Source: an uncultured Actinomycetota bacterium
GTDB lineage: Bacteria; Actinomycetota; UBA4738; HRBIN12
Direction of reading: 5' to 3'
Assembly: GCA_963784055.1 (NCBI GenBank)
Contig: CAWAPY010000012.1
Span: forward strand, 174,865-238,864
Length of the DNA: 64,000 nucleotides
Every line of letters begins with the position of its first letter. Positions within the stretch are counted from its first letter, which is position 1. The position numbers and the translations under genes were made by a program. Below are positions 8,805 to 19,283 of this stretch, in pieces. The notes under the pieces were generated by a model that made no database searches, had not been told where the DNA came from, and worked only from the letters and a program-made list of their open reading frames with translations.

Positions 8805-10109
8805 ATGCATCTTCGGCCCAGGCTCGTCGTTGCCTTCCTCGCGGCCGGCGGGCTCGCCGCCATCGCCCCCGCCGACCCGACGCTCGTCCTCGTCGCCGCG
8901 ACCGTCCTCGTCGCGATCCTCGTGGTCCTCGACGTCGTGCTGGCTCCGAGGGCGAGCGCGTTGCAGCCTCGCCGGGCGGTCGCCGCCGTGCTGCGGATGG
9001 GCCGCCCCGCCGACGTCCTCGTGGAGCTGCACAATCCGACCGATCGTGCGCTCGCGATCGAGACCCACGATGCGACCCCACCGTCGATGGATCGCGAACC
9101 CCTGCGGCACCACGTCTCGATCGAGCCCGGCGGCTGGTCGCAGCTGCCAGCGTCGATCCGTCCGGGACGTCGCGGGCGCGCCTCGATCGGGCCGCTCACG
9201 ATCCGGACGGCCGGACCGCTGGGGCTCGCCGGCCGGCAATCGACCGTCCCGCTGGTCGACGAGGTGAAGGTGTATCCGGCGCTCCGAGGACGCGCCGAGG
9301 TCGAGCTCCGCTTCCGGCGGGCCCAGCTCCTGCAGTCGGGACTGCGATCGACCGCGTACCGAGGCGGGAGCGACGAGTTCGACTCGCTCCGTGAGTACCG
9401 GTCCGACGACGAGTTCCGGCGGATCAACTGGAAAGCCACCGCCCGATCGCCGCGGCCGATCGCCAACGAGTACCGCGAGGAGCACAACCAGCAGGTGGTG
9501 ATGCTGCTGGACGCGAGCCGGGCCACGGCCGGCCAGGTGGCCGGCGTGTCCCGGCTCGAGCATTCCCTGGACGCTGCGATCGCCGTCGCGGACCTCGCGG
9601 CCCGCGTCGGCGATCACGTCGGCGCGCTCGCCTTCGGCCGCGACGTGCGGGCGTTCGTCGAGCCTCGCGGCGGCCCGTCGCAGCCCCCGCGCATCCTGCA
9701 GCTCCTCTTCGACCTCGAGGCGGGTCTGTACGCCCCCAACTACCCGCTCGCGTTCGCCACGCTGCTCGCGCGGCACCGTCGCCGCTCGTGGCTGGTCCTG
9801 TTCACGGATCTCTCGGAGGGATCGGTCCTCGAACCGTTGCTCCGGGCGATCCCGGTGCTGCTGTCGAGACACCTGCTCGTCGTGGCGAGCGTGCGCGACC
9901 CCGAGGTCGAGACGCTCGCCACCTCGGTGCCGTGGACGTCCGAAGACGCCTACGATCGCGCGTCCGCAGCCGGGTTCATGACGTGGCGCGATCGCGCCGC
10001 GGCACGGATCAGAGGGCTCGGCGCCACGGTGATCGACGCGCAGCCGGGCGCCCTCGCCGCCTCGGTGGCCGACGAGTACCTCCAGATCAAATCGCGGGGC
10101 CGACTCTGA
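8805..10109 (+). CDS. DUF58 (vWA-like) protein
   Basis: EFDSLREY..DDEFRRINWKATAR, LLDASR, LFTDL; downstream of MoxR. Confidence 0.9.
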   Translation: MHLRPRLVVAFLAAGGLAAIAPADPTLVLVAATVLVAILVVLDVVLAPRASALQPRRAVAAVLRMGRPADVLVELHNPTDRALAIETHDATPPSMDREPLRHHVSIEPGGWSQLPASIRPGRRGRASIGPLTIRTAGPLGLAGRQSTVPLVDEVKVYPALRGRAEVELRFRRAQLLQSGLRSTAYRGGSDEFDSLREYRSDDEFRRINWKATARSPRPIANEYREEHNQQVVMLLDASRATAGQVAGVSRLEHSLDAAIAVADLAARVGDHVGALAFGRDVRAFVEPRGGPSQPPRILQLLFDLEAGLYAPNYPLAFATLLARHRRRSWLVLFTDLSEGSVLEPLLRAIPVLLSRHLLVVASVRDPEVETLATSVPWTSEDAYDRASAAGFMTWRDRAAARIRGLGATVIDAQPGALAASVADEYLQIKSRGRL

Positions 10110-11091
10110 CCGTCCCGGCCTGTCCGCCCGGCGCCCTCCCGGGGCGCGGGTCCCTCGTCGGGAACAGGAGGAGCGCCAGATAGGCCGTCACGACGATCGC
10201 TCCGATCAGGACCTCGACGATCGCGGCCCCGGTGCGACCGGTGACGAACCCCTCGATCACCGCCGCGATGGCGAACGCCGGGATCGCACCGACGATCAGC
10301 AGGACGGCGTCGCGAGCCTCCTCGCCCAGCGCCGTCACGCGGCCACGGTCCCCTGGATCGATCATCGCCCACCCCACGCGGAGCCCGGCGCCGCCCGCGA
10401 TGCAGATCGCGGTGAGCTCCAGGAAGCCGTGCGGCAGGACGAGCGCCCAGAAGGTCCACCCCTCCCCGGCCGCCTGGAACCCGCCGGCGAGGAGCCCGAT
10501 GAAGACGGCGTTCGTGGTGATCACCCAGATCGTCCCGATGCCGAACGTGATCCCGAGGGCGAAGGCGAGGAACGACACCTGCACGTTGTTCTGGAAGATC
10601 AGGGCGGAGAGAGTGGCCGATCCCGGATCGCCCGGTCCCGCGACGGCACCCGCGTCCCGCATCGCCTGGCGCGAGGCGGACGGCAGGAGGCCCGCCTGCG
10701 CTTCACGGGAGCTCGCGACCCACAGGTCGGTCGCGAGGATCACCACGACCATCAGGATCGCGATCACCGCGATGAAGGGAAGGGTGCGACGGAAGACGGC
10801 GCGATACCGCGTCACGAAGAACCGCAGGAACGAGCGACCCGACGTGGCGCTGCCGCCGTAGATCGCCCCGTGCGCGCGGGACACCAGGCCGTTGAGATAG
10901 CGCTCGAGCCCCGGGTCGTGGTAGCGCGTCTGCACCTCGGCGAGGTGCGAGGATGCGCGGAGGTAGAGCCGGACGGTCTCCGTGATGTCGCCGCCGGGTC
11001 GCGAGCTGAGCGCACGGCTCCCCCCGGCGGTGGTCTGCTCCAGCCGGCTCCATTCCGGCCGATGCGTTTGGATGTACGAGTCGAGATCCAC
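10087..11091 (-). CDS. SpoIIM/DUF95 family membrane protein
   Basis: IFQNNVQVSFLAFALG, LPHGFLELTAI, AAVIEGFVT. Confidence 0.9.
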   Translation of the reverse strand: MDLDSYIQTHRPEWSRLEQTTAGGSRALSSRPGGDITETVRLYLRASSHLAEVQTRYHDPGLERYLNGLVSRAHGAIYGGSATSGRSFLRFFVTRYRAVFRRTLPFIAVIAILMVVVILATDLWVASSREAQAGLLPSASRQAMRDAGAVAGPGDPGSATLSALIFQNNVQVSFLAFALGITFGIGTIWVITTNAVFIGLLAGGFQAAGEGWTFWALVLPHGFLELTAICIAGGAGLRVGWAMIDPGDRGRVTALGEEARDAVLLIVGAIPAFAIAAVIEGFVTGRTGAAIVEVLIGAIVVTAYLALLLFPTRDPRPGRAPGGQAGTVRVGPAI

Positions 11092-11163
11092 CGAGGCGAG
11101 TCTAGGCGCCGCGTCGAGCTGGCCGTCCGAGGTGCACGTTCGAGATGAAGGGATGAGAGAGCA

Positions 11164-11899
11164 GTGAGCACGTCCGGTCGCACGGTGACGCCCGAGGCGG
11201 TGACGATCTCACTCGACGTCGCCGGTCTGGGCTCGCGGATGATCGCGTGGCTCATCGACTCCCTGATCCAGCTCGCGATCGCGGTGCCGATCGTGCTCGG
11301 CATCGGGGCGGGGAACCTCTCCGGCGGCGTGGAGCTGGTCGTGCTCTCCCTGATCCTGTTCCTGCTCTTCTGGGGCTACTACCCGATCTTCGAGCTGAGC
11401 TGGCAGGGACAGACCCCGGGGAAGCGCGCGCAGCGGCTCCGCGTGATCCGGACCGATGGCCAGCCGGCGGGAGGCGCGGCGATCATGGTCCGCAACCTGA
11501 TCAGGATCCTCGACGTCTTCCTGCTGCCGTTCCTGGCGGTGATCTCGATGATCGTCACCGCGCGGGCCCAGCGGCTCGGCGACCTCGCCGCCGGCACGCT
11601 GGTGGTTCGGGAGGCACGGTTCACGGCACCCCGGTCGGTCGCCTCCGCGAGCCGCCCCGATCTTCCGGCGGTGGATGCGACGGGGTTGTCGGAGCGTGAC
11701 TACGACGTGATCCGGTCGTTCCTCGCCCGCCGGGGGATCGCTCGACCCGGCGGCTCGGTGGCGGCTCGCCGCGCAGCTCGCGTCCGCGATCCGCGGTCGT
11801 GTCGGCTCGCTGCCCGACGGACTCGCCGACGAAACAATGCTCGAGGCGGTCGCGCAGTCCTACCGGCAGCGGTTCGAGAACGGCGGTGCCGCGCGCTGA
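11164..11899 (+). CDS. RDD family protein, frameshift near 11733
   Basis: AGLGSRMIAWLID, GQTPGKR, QRLGDLAAGTLVV. Removing one G gives RRGSLDPAARWRLA..LEAVAQSYRQRF..* ending at 11899. Confidence 0.85.
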
Positions 11900-11918
11900 T
11901 CAGGACTCCCCGCGGTGT

Positions 11919-13205
11919 CTACACCCGGCGGCCGACCGCCTCGATCAGGTCGGCGGCGTGGGTCACGCCGTCCGCGTCGCGGATCCGCTCTCCGAGCGCG
12001 TCCAGGCTCGATCGGAGCGTCTCGTCCGCCGCCAGCCCGTCCACCGCGGCGATGAGCTCGTCGTCGGCGAAGTCGTAGGTCGCGAGCCGGACCCCGTAGC
12101 CCAACTCGTGCATCCGCTGGGCGTTGTCGTACTGATCCCAGAACAGTGGGAGCACGACCATCGGCTTGCCGAAGTGCAGCGATTCCGTGACGGTGTTGTT
12201 CCCGCCGTGCGTGATCACGAGGTCCACCTCGGGGATGATGCTCGTCTGCGGCACGCGCGCTTCTCCCCACATGTTGTCGGGGAGCCCGAACTCGTCCGCG
12301 CGCGGTCCCTTCGACACCACGTAGCGGTGCCGGGTGCGCGAGAGCACGTCGACGAGCCGGCGCATCAGCTCGACGTCCGCCGATCCCAGCGAGCCCAACG
12401 ACAGGTAGATCAGCGATCCCTCACCGTCGCGGAGCTGCTCCGGGACGGACCACGCGTCCTCGGTGTCGCGCACCGACGACTCGAGGTGATGCCACGCGGA
12501 TCCGAGCGGCCGCGCGCGGAGATAATCGGCGGCGTCCGGGAACACCGACAGGTTCAGGTGCTCCGACTCGTGGATGAACTCGAGGTCGGGCAGGGCGGGT
12601 GCTCCTTGTTCGAGCATCCAGTCGTTGAAGCCGGACCAGAGATCGCGATGGGTCCGGTCGTACTCGGCTCGGAACTCCTCCCAGCCGCTCTGGTCGTCGA
12701 TCGGGTAGCCGCTGAACGTCGGCGGGAGGTCGGGGTCCTTCCGTTCCAGCGGGTTGCAGCTCATGATCCGCACCCAGGGGGCGCCGTGGGTGAGGAGGGC
12801 CGGGAAGCCGCTCACGTTGTCCTCGACGATCACGTCCGGTTTCGCCCGAGCCAGGATCTCCCGGAGCTGCGGCTCGCAGAACTTCGCTCCGTCGATCAGC
12901 GACTCCCACACCGGTCGGATGAACGTGTCGAGCTGCTCGATCGTCGGCTTGCGGAACTCCGGTGCCGTCTCCGTGATGAAGTCGGTCCAGAACTGCCCGG
13001 CGTCCTGGTCGCCCTCGGCCGGTGGGGCCAGGTCCACGAGATCCTCCTCGAAGCCGAGGGGCTCGAGCCGGCCACGCCACGACGCTTCCGCGGCGAACAC
13101 CACGCGGTGGCCGCGCCCCTCGAGGATCTTGCCGATCCCGATGCAGTTGTTCGTCGGCCCGTACGCGCTCTCGGGCATGAAGACGACGGTGAGCGGATCG
13201 GTCAC
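11919..13205 (-). CDS. GT1 (MGT/UDP-glycosyltransferase) family glycosyltransferase
   Basis: IYLSLGSLG, VPQTSII..DLVITHGGNNTVTESLHFGKPMVVLPLFWDQYDNA (UGT signature). Confidence 0.9.
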   Translation of the reverse strand: MTDPLTVVFMPESAYGPTNNCIGIGKILEGRGHRVVFAAEASWRGRLEPLGFEEDLVDLAPPAEGDQDAGQFWTDFITETAPEFRKPTIEQLDTFIRPVWESLIDGAKFCEPQLREILARAKPDVIVEDNVSGFPALLTHGAPWVRIMSCNPLERKDPDLPPTFSGYPIDDQSGWEEFRAEYDRTHRDLWSGFNDWMLEQGAPALPDLEFIHESEHLNLSVFPDAADYLRARPLGSAWHHLESSVRDTEDAWSVPEQLRDGEGSLIYLSLGSLGSADVELMRRLVDVLSRTRHRYVVSKGPRADEFGLPDNMWGEARVPQTSIIPEVDLVITHGGNNTVTESLHFGKPMVVLPLFWDQYDNAQRMHELGYGVRLATYDFADDELIAAVDGLAADETLRSSLDALGERIRDADGVTHAADLIEAVGRRV

Positions 13206-13260
13206 GATCCCATGTTCCCCGACATCGGGCCGTCCTGCACGTCCGCGCGATGCCGCCGGG

Positions 13261-14403
13261 CTAGTCGACGAGTCGCACAGGGACGAGCCCGAAGTTCTCG
13301 CCGCCGCCGCTGTCGAGGCCCTCGGGCGTGTATCCGACCCACTCGGCGATCATGCAGCGGGCGTTCGGGTCCTCCTCGATCCCCGCGAAGTGACCGCAGT
13401 GTTCGACGACCTCGTCGCGCTCGCTACCCCCTCCCCAGATCTCGCGGATGAACAGCCGCGCGAATCCGATGATGTCGTACTTGTCGACGGCGCAGTTCGT
13501 GGTCGCGAACAGGTCCGGGCTGCAGACGTCCCCGTTCGAATCGACCTGGGTGGTCGGCCGGTTGACCGGGAAGTAGATCGGATCGCCCAGGGCGATGGCG
13601 GCCTCGATGTCGTGGTCGAGGGCCTCTCCGAAGTGCCCCTGGCCGCGACAGACGTACGTGTGATCGTCCCCCGCCGTCCCGCCGTAGATGTTGGAGTCGA
13701 TGGGGAGTGGGAGGTTGAAGCCGCGGAGCATCCATTCCTCGAACTGGGGCGGGGTCGAGTTGTCGCAGTTCACCCCCGTGGTGATGTCCCACTTCAACAG
13801 GTCGAGCGTGCCCCACTCCGCGTTCGCGAGATCGGGCTCGGTGTGCCCGCTCGAGGAGTTGTTCCAGTAGAAGGCGCACTCCAACCCCACGTTCGACGTG
13901 GGGGTGTCGGGTGGGATGTCGCAGTCGCTCAACCGGTTCGCGGAGAGCATCAACGGGGCGACCTTCTCGCCGACCCCCGCGCCGCCCCAGGAGGCGGTCG
14001 CCGCGGTGGTGACGGCCGCGTCCGAGTCGGCGCCGAGCACCGGGGCGAAGAAGAGCGGCCGATCCGTCGTGACGTGCACGGTCACCAGCCCCGCGGGTGA
14101 GTCGCAGCTGGGGAAGAAGATCGGGTACCCCGAGACCAGGTTGGCATCGCTCTGGTTCTCGACGGCGTAGAACCTCGCCTGGACGATGGCCTCTCCCATC
14201 CCCTCCTTCTGCCCACAGGACTGCGCCGCCGCCAGGGCCGCCGCGTCGGCCGCGTTCACGAGCTCTCGGCGGGCGTACAGGAGGGATCCCACGTCGACGA
14301 CCAGGACCATCATGCCGAACATCGCGAGGAGGCTCAGGACGACGATGACGAGCACCGCACCGTCCTCGGCTTGCGGTGTCCGGGGGAAGCGGGGGCGCTG
14401 CAT
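13261..14403 (-). CDS. Orphan TadG-like (Tad domain) Cys-rich pilus-associated protein
   Basis: EDG|AVLVIVVLSLLAMFGMMVLVVDVG..ELVNAADAAALAAAQSC; clear paralog of 46694..48066. Confidence 0.85.
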   Translation of the reverse strand: MQRPRFPRTPQAEDGAVLVIVVLSLLAMFGMMVLVVDVGSLLYARRELVNAADAAALAAAQSCGQKEGMGEAIVQARFYAVENQSDANLVSGYPIFFPSCDSPAGLVTVHVTTDRPLFFAPVLGADSDAAVTTAATASWGGAGVGEKVAPLMLSANRLSDCDIPPDTPTSNVGLECAFYWNNSSSGHTEPDLANAEWGTLDLLKWDITTGVNCDNSTPPQFEEWMLRGFNLPLPIDSNIYGGTAGDDHTYVCRGQGHFGEALDHDIEAAIALGDPIYFPVNRPTTQVDSNGDVCSPDLFATTNCAVDKYDIIGFARLFIREIWGGGSERDEVVEHCGHFAGIEEDPNARCMIAEWVGYTPEGLDSGGGENFGLVPVRLVD

Positions 14404-14470
14404 GGTCTCTCGTCCTCCGAGGGTCGTTCAGGGGATGTCGATAGTCGTACAAAGGTGTCCCCCGGCGCAT

Positions 14471-14499
14471 CCCCCAAAAGCACTAGATGCTGTAGGGGG
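14471..14499. promoter_or_regulatory. Imperfect inverted repeat, candidate regulator site in a divergent intergenic region
   Basis: CCCCC-AAA-AGCA-CTAGA-TGCT-GTA-GGGGG in an AT-richer gap upstream of the orphan tadG. Confidence 0.4.
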
Positions 14500-14528
14500 T
14501 TTGGACAGGGATCGCTGGTTGGGAGGGG

Positions 14529-15840
14529 ATGTCGCGGGGCGGCCTACACTCCGCGTCGTGCGACGAGGCTCCTACGACGCGGCCGAAGAGGGTTGCCTCG
14601 ACCGACCCCTCGGTGCTGCTGCCCACCGCGCTTCCCGAGGGGTCGTCAGGAGGAGCCCGCCACGCTGGCGGATGCGCTCGCGGCCGGGGAAGGCCGTTGG
14701 CTCCTGGTACTCCGTGTCGGAGACGAGCTGTTCACGTCGGCGGTCGTCGAAGAGGAGGGCGGGTTCCGCCGAGCCGTTCCGGGTGACGGCGTCGCCGAGG
14801 AGCTCCTGGCCCGGACAGCGAGTGGGGCGGAGGAGGGGAGCTTCTCCTTCCGCCGACTGGGTGAGATCGGGTCCTGGATCGGCGAGCGGGCGATCGAGGT
14901 GGATCAGGCGAACGAGTCGATCGTGGTGGGCGAGCGGGCGGTGGTGAAGCGATCGGTCCGGATGGGGGCCGACAATCGACGTCCGATGCTGCTGCCGGCG
15001 CACCTGCTCGAAGCCGGGTTCGCCGAGATGCCGGCTCCTCTCGGCAACGCCGGGTGGAGGCACGATGGGGGGGAGGCGCCGCTCGCCTCGATCGCCGCCT
15101 ACCTGCCCGACGCCCGTGACGGGTGGGAGTGGTACGTCGAGCTCGTGGAGCGGTCGCTCGAGGACCCGTCCGTCGACGCGGTCGCGCCGGCCGCAGCGCT
15201 CGGCGCCCTCACGGCACGACTCCACGTCTGCCTCGCGACGCCCACCGAGGTGCTCCCGGCGCCGAGCGGGACGGCCGGGAACGACACGGTGGCGAGATGG
15301 GGCAGCGCTGCCGCGCACGACCTCGAGTTCGCCCTGTCGGCGATCGACGGCGAGGAAGGGGAGCGTCTGCGGCGAGCGGAGCGATCGATCCGCGAGGAGC
15401 TCGCGCAGCTCCCCGTCCGCGCGACGACGACGATCCCGATCCACGGCGATCTCCACGTCGGACAGTTCCTCCGGTGGCGAGAAGGGCTCGCGGTTTCGGA
15501 CCTCGACGGGGATCCGCTCGGGAGCGGGACGCTCGAGGGACCGCCCGCGAGGGACGTCGCGTCGCTCGTGCAATCGCTCGACCACGTGGGCAGGATCGTC
15601 GAGCGGCGGCGCAACAACTCGGTGGGCGCGTGGATCGCAGATGCATCGGAGCGGTGCCTGCGGTCGTATCGGGACGAGCTCGCTCTCCGCGGCGCGGCGT
15701 CGCTGTTCGACGAGGAGCTGCTCCGCCCGCTCCGTGTCGCGCAGGAGTTGCACGAGCTCGTCTACGCCGCCAGGTACCTTCCCGGCTGGCGCTACGTTCC
15801 CGATCGCGCGCTCCCGGCACTGCTCGCGGACGAGAGATGA
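14529..15840 (+). CDS. Maltokinase/aminoglycoside-phosphotransferase-like sugar kinase, N-terminal frameshift near 14655
   Basis: ERAIEVDQANESIVVG..VVK, DGWEW, IHGDLHVGQFL..DLDG, RDVASL, ELVYAARYLPGW. The start is uncertain (ATG 14529 follows GGGAGGG). Confidence 0.75.
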
Positions 15841-17771
15841 GGCGGCTCACACTGCTCGCCGGCTTGGGGGCCTGCGTGGTGGTGCCTTCGCTGCTGTTCC
15901 TGGGCCGATACGCGGTCACCGAGGCGGGGGTGGCGCCGGCCGGCAGCGACACCTCCCAACACGTCTGGCGGTCGGAGGTGGTCGCGACCCTCGGCCTCGA
16001 GGCCCTCCCGTCATTCGACGGACGATCGCAGGCGCTGAACACCAACGCGGATCGTCCCGGCTTGCCGCTCGTGCTCTCCGCCCTGTCGTCCGTCACCGGC
16101 GCGGACGCCCGGGACCTCGCGTACGTCCTTCCGGCCGTGGCCGCGGCCGCGATCGCGCTGGCCGCCGCCGCGCTCGGCGGGTCGATCCCGGGTGTGCCCG
16201 GTTGGGGGATCGCGCTCGCCGGCGTGGCGACCGGCGCCTCCGTCCAGGTGGCGTTCGCCGCGAACGGCTACCTGGATCAGCTCCTGGTCGAGCCGCTGGT
16301 GCTCGTGGCCGCCGCCGGGGCGCTCCGGGCCGCCGGCGGCGGCCCAGGGCGGGCGCTCGGTGCCGCGGCGCTCCTCGCGGCGTGGCTCGTGCACTGGCAG
16401 TTCGCGTTGCTGTTCACGGCGCTCCTGGGGATCTTGACGCTCGCGTGCCTGCCGGCGTCGCTCCGCGATCGCCGGCAGGGACGCTCGCTCGCCGAGACCG
16501 CGTCGGGACGCGTGGGGACCACCGTCGTCGGCGGTGCCGGCCTCGGGGTGGCCGCGCTCCTGCTCGGGACGCCCGGGATCCCGCGTGGGCCGATCGGTCT
16601 CACGCGTGGTTCGGTGGACCGACACCTCTCGGCCCAGCTCCCCTTCTACCGGCTGCCCACGGCCGCGACCGCCGCCGCGATCGGCGGCGCGTGGCTGGCC
16701 GCCAGCGGGAAGGACCAGTCGCGTCGGCACGCCGCCTGGCTGCTCGTCCCCTGGGCTCTCGTGCCTGCGGCCGCCGCCCTCGTCTACGCCGCCGGCCGTG
16801 CCGTCCCGGTGCCACGCGCACTGTCCTTCGCGCTGGCGATCCCGTTCCTCGGCGCACTCGGTCTCGTGGCTGCGGTCCTCTCGGTACGCGAGAGGTTCGG
16901 GAGGATGGCCGCCGCCGTGGCCGCGCTCCTCGCGGTCGTTGCGTTGCTCTTCTCCATGACGTTCGCCTGGGAGAGCTGGCGCACGAGGAAACCCTGGAGC
17001 GACGACCTGGCCTTGGCGGAGTTCCATACGCTGGGCCGCTACCTGACCGATGCGGGTCGCCCGGCGATCGTCGTGGTGGACCAGCCCCGATCGGAGGGCG
17101 ATTTCGGGACCGTCCCGGTGATGCGGCGGATTCGGGCGGAGCTCCCGGCTCATCTCGCGCTCGCCACGACGGTCTACCTCGGCGACCCCGAACTCCTCGG
17201 AGAGCAGCAACCGACCCTCCGTCCGGAGGTGGCGGGCTTCGACGAGGTGTCCCAGGAGACCTGGCGGGCGGCCCGTTCCCTGCTCCCGCGGGATCCGACC
17301 GTCGTGATCCTCCGATCCCATCTCGCCGGCTTCGCCGGAGTGGTGGCCGGGCACCCGGAGTGGAGGACGAACGGGTGGATGGCCGTCGTGGCCGGTCCGC
17401 CGCCCCCGACCGAGCGTCCCGTCGCTCCGGAGCCACCATCGCGAGCGACCCTCGCCGCGTGGTGGGCGTCCTCGCTCGCGGTGATCGCGCTCGCGGGCGC
17501 CGGCTGGGCCGTCCGCTTCGGAGGTGGATCTCTCTCGTTCCTCGTGGGTGTGGCGCCTGCCGTCGGCCTCGCCTCGCTCGTCGTGGCCGGACTGATCGCC
17601 GAACGGGTCGGCATCCGGATGGGCGGAACGGGCGGCGTGATCGTGGTGCTGGTCGTGACGGTGGCCGGTGCGGCGGCCGCCGTCACCCGACCGACGCGCC
17701 CGGACGATCCGAGGCTGCGCTACGGTCCAGGATCGGGGGAGGGTTCGACGGAAGGGGGAGCCGGAGGATGA
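15837..17771 (+). CDS. Large polytopic membrane protein, possibly GT-C fold
   Basis: ATG overlaps the previous stop; many TM segments; first-loop GSDTSQH motif resembles GT-C DxxxH/Y loops. Confidence 0.6.
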   Translation: MRRLTLLAGLGACVVVPSLLFLGRYAVTEAGVAPAGSDTSQHVWRSEVVATLGLEALPSFDGRSQALNTNADRPGLPLVLSALSSVTGADARDLAYVLPAVAAAAIALAAAALGGSIPGVPGWGIALAGVATGASVQVAFAANGYLDQLLVEPLVLVAAAGALRAAGGGPGRALGAAALLAAWLVHWQFALLFTALLGILTLACLPASLRDRRQGRSLAETASGRVGTTVVGGAGLGVAALLLGTPGIPRGPIGLTRGSVDRHLSAQLPFYRLPTAATAAAIGGAWLAASGKDQSRRHAAWLLVPWALVPAAAALVYAAGRAVPVPRALSFALAIPFLGALGLVAAVLSVRERFGRMAAAVAALLAVVALLFSMTFAWESWRTRKPWSDDLALAEFHTLGRYLTDAGRPAIVVVDQPRSEGDFGTVPVMRRIRAELPAHLALATTVYLGDPELLGEQQPTLRPEVAGFDEVSQETWRAARSLLPRDPTVVILRSHLAGFAGVVAGHPEWRTNGWMAVVAGPPPPTERPVAPEPPSRATLAAWWASSLAVIALAGAGWAVRFGGGSLSFLVGVAPAVGLASLVVAGLIAERVGIRMGGTGGVIVVLVVTVAGAAAAVTRPTRPDDPRLRYGPGSGEGSTEGGAGG

Positions 17772-18280
17772 CCACTCGAGAGGAGGCGATCGAGACGCTC
17801 GAGCGTGGTCACCGCGAGATCCGCCGGCTGATCAAGCGGATCCCCCCGCACTGGATGGCGAGGCCCGGTGTCGGCGATGGCGACTGGACGCCGAAGGATC
17901 TCCTCGGACACCTCTGCTCGTGGGAGGAGAAGGTCTTGGAGGCGCTGGCTGCCTGGGACGCCGGGGAGCGCGCGCCGATCGACCGCGACATCCACGCGAG
18001 CTCGATCGGAGCGATCAATGCGGACGGTGTCCGCCGACGCTCGCGACACACCCTCGCGCGCGTGCAGCGGGACTGGGACAACGTGCACGGTGCCTTGATC
18101 CGCGCGATCCGATCGATGCCGGACGCTCGCTGGGAGAAGCCCGCGACCCCACGCGGTAGGAAGTCCCTCGGGCACCGGATCGGGCAGCTGCTCGTCGGCG
18201 CGGGTCCCTTCGAGCACGCCGAGGCGCACGTGCGGGACCTGGAGTCGTTCGTCGAGTCGATCCCCGAAGGGGAGCGTTGA
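17768..18280 (+). CDS. DinB/ClbS-like four-helix bundle protein
   Basis: GDWTPKDLLGHLCSWE...FEHAEAH metal-binding His pattern. Confidence 0.75.
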   Translation: MTTREEAIETLERGHREIRRLIKRIPPHWMARPGVGDGDWTPKDLLGHLCSWEEKVLEALAAWDAGERAPIDRDIHASSIGAINADGVRRRSRHTLARVQRDWDNVHGALIRAIRSMPDARWEKPATPRGRKSLGHRIGQLLVGAGPFEHAEAHVRDLESFVESIPEGER

Positions 18281-18284
18281 CGCC

Positions 18285-19137
18285 CTACGCGTGGATGATC
18301 ACGGGCGTGCCGTACGCGAGCAACGGGAGCAGTCGGTCGAGGGTCGTCTCCGAGACCCGGACGCACCCGGCGCTCACGCTCTGTCCGATCGACGAGGGGT
18401 TGTTCGTGCCGTGGATCGCGAGCTGGTTCCCGCCCGACCAGCCGGCGGGCAAGCGCGGCTGGATGCCGCTGATCCCGAACGCGAAGGATCCGAGGGCGCT
18501 TCCGGCGGAGAAGGGCACTCGATCGGTCACGAAGTACTCGCCGACGGGCGTGGGAGAAGACGGCGCCCCCGTCGCGCCCGGGGCGCGGAACAGGACCTTG
18601 CCGAACTTCCGTACCGTGACCTGGTGTAGGGACAGGTCGACCTCGACCCGCACGCGGGTCGTGTCGCGTTCCAGACCGCGGAGACGGATCCACCCTTCGC
18701 GCCGCGGCCACGTGTACGGGAGCTCGACGCGTCCCCACCTGCCGTCGGACGAGACCTCCTCGACCCAGGCCACGATCCGGATCCCGTAGTACTTGGAGCC
18801 GGAGGGAACCACGCCCACCTGGGCGGCGCCGACAGCCGGGCCGGGCGAACGCGGGAAGGGTGCGCGGAACCTCGACCAGGACGTTGGTCCATCGGGCGAC
18901 GCGGGCGGCTGTTCGCGCGATCTCCTGCGGATCCGGTCGAACGCCGGACGCCGGGAGAGCGAAGCCACGGGGAGGTGCGCTCGCCACCATGACCACGATC
19001 GAGGGTCCGGAGGGCGCCGCTTGGCTCACCGCTCCCGCCTGCGCCCCCACCATGTTCGCCGCCATCGGCGTCAGCAGGCCCAGTGCGACGGCCAGGATGA
19101 CCGTGAGCTTCGAACGTTCGGGGTGACGTCGCCGCAT
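18285..19137 (-). CDS. L,D-transpeptidase (YkuD family), frameshift near 18835
   Basis: Signal/TM N-terminus from ATG 19137; catalytic domain TPVGEYFV...IHGTN...SAGCVRV...GTPV. Confidence 0.85.
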
Positions 19138-19143
19138 GCCTCC

Positions 19144-19181
19144 CTATCGGCGGGTGCGACCGAAGTACCTAAGTCGAGGTA
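19144..19181 (-). promoter_or_regulatory. Sigma28-like promoter overlapped by a palindromic TACCT-N6-AGGTA box
   Basis: Minus strand TTAGG-N16-GCCGATAG, 6 nt before ATG. Palindrome TACCTAAGTCGAGGTA at 19166-19181 covers the -35 element. Confidence 0.6.
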
Positions 19182-19283
19182 TCCGATTGCCCGTGGTCTG
19201 CCGCGGGCCGTAGCCTGGAGCGGCATCGTCGAGCTCGAGCTCGAGCCCGAACGACGAAGCGTTGGCTCGGAAGGAGCGGATGG

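Noticed and set aside
4937-11899. MoxR/DUF58/DUF4350/DUF4129/SpoIIM/RDD cluster as a novel system
   Set aside because: It is a widespread conserved cluster of unclear function, and nothing unusual is visible in this copy.
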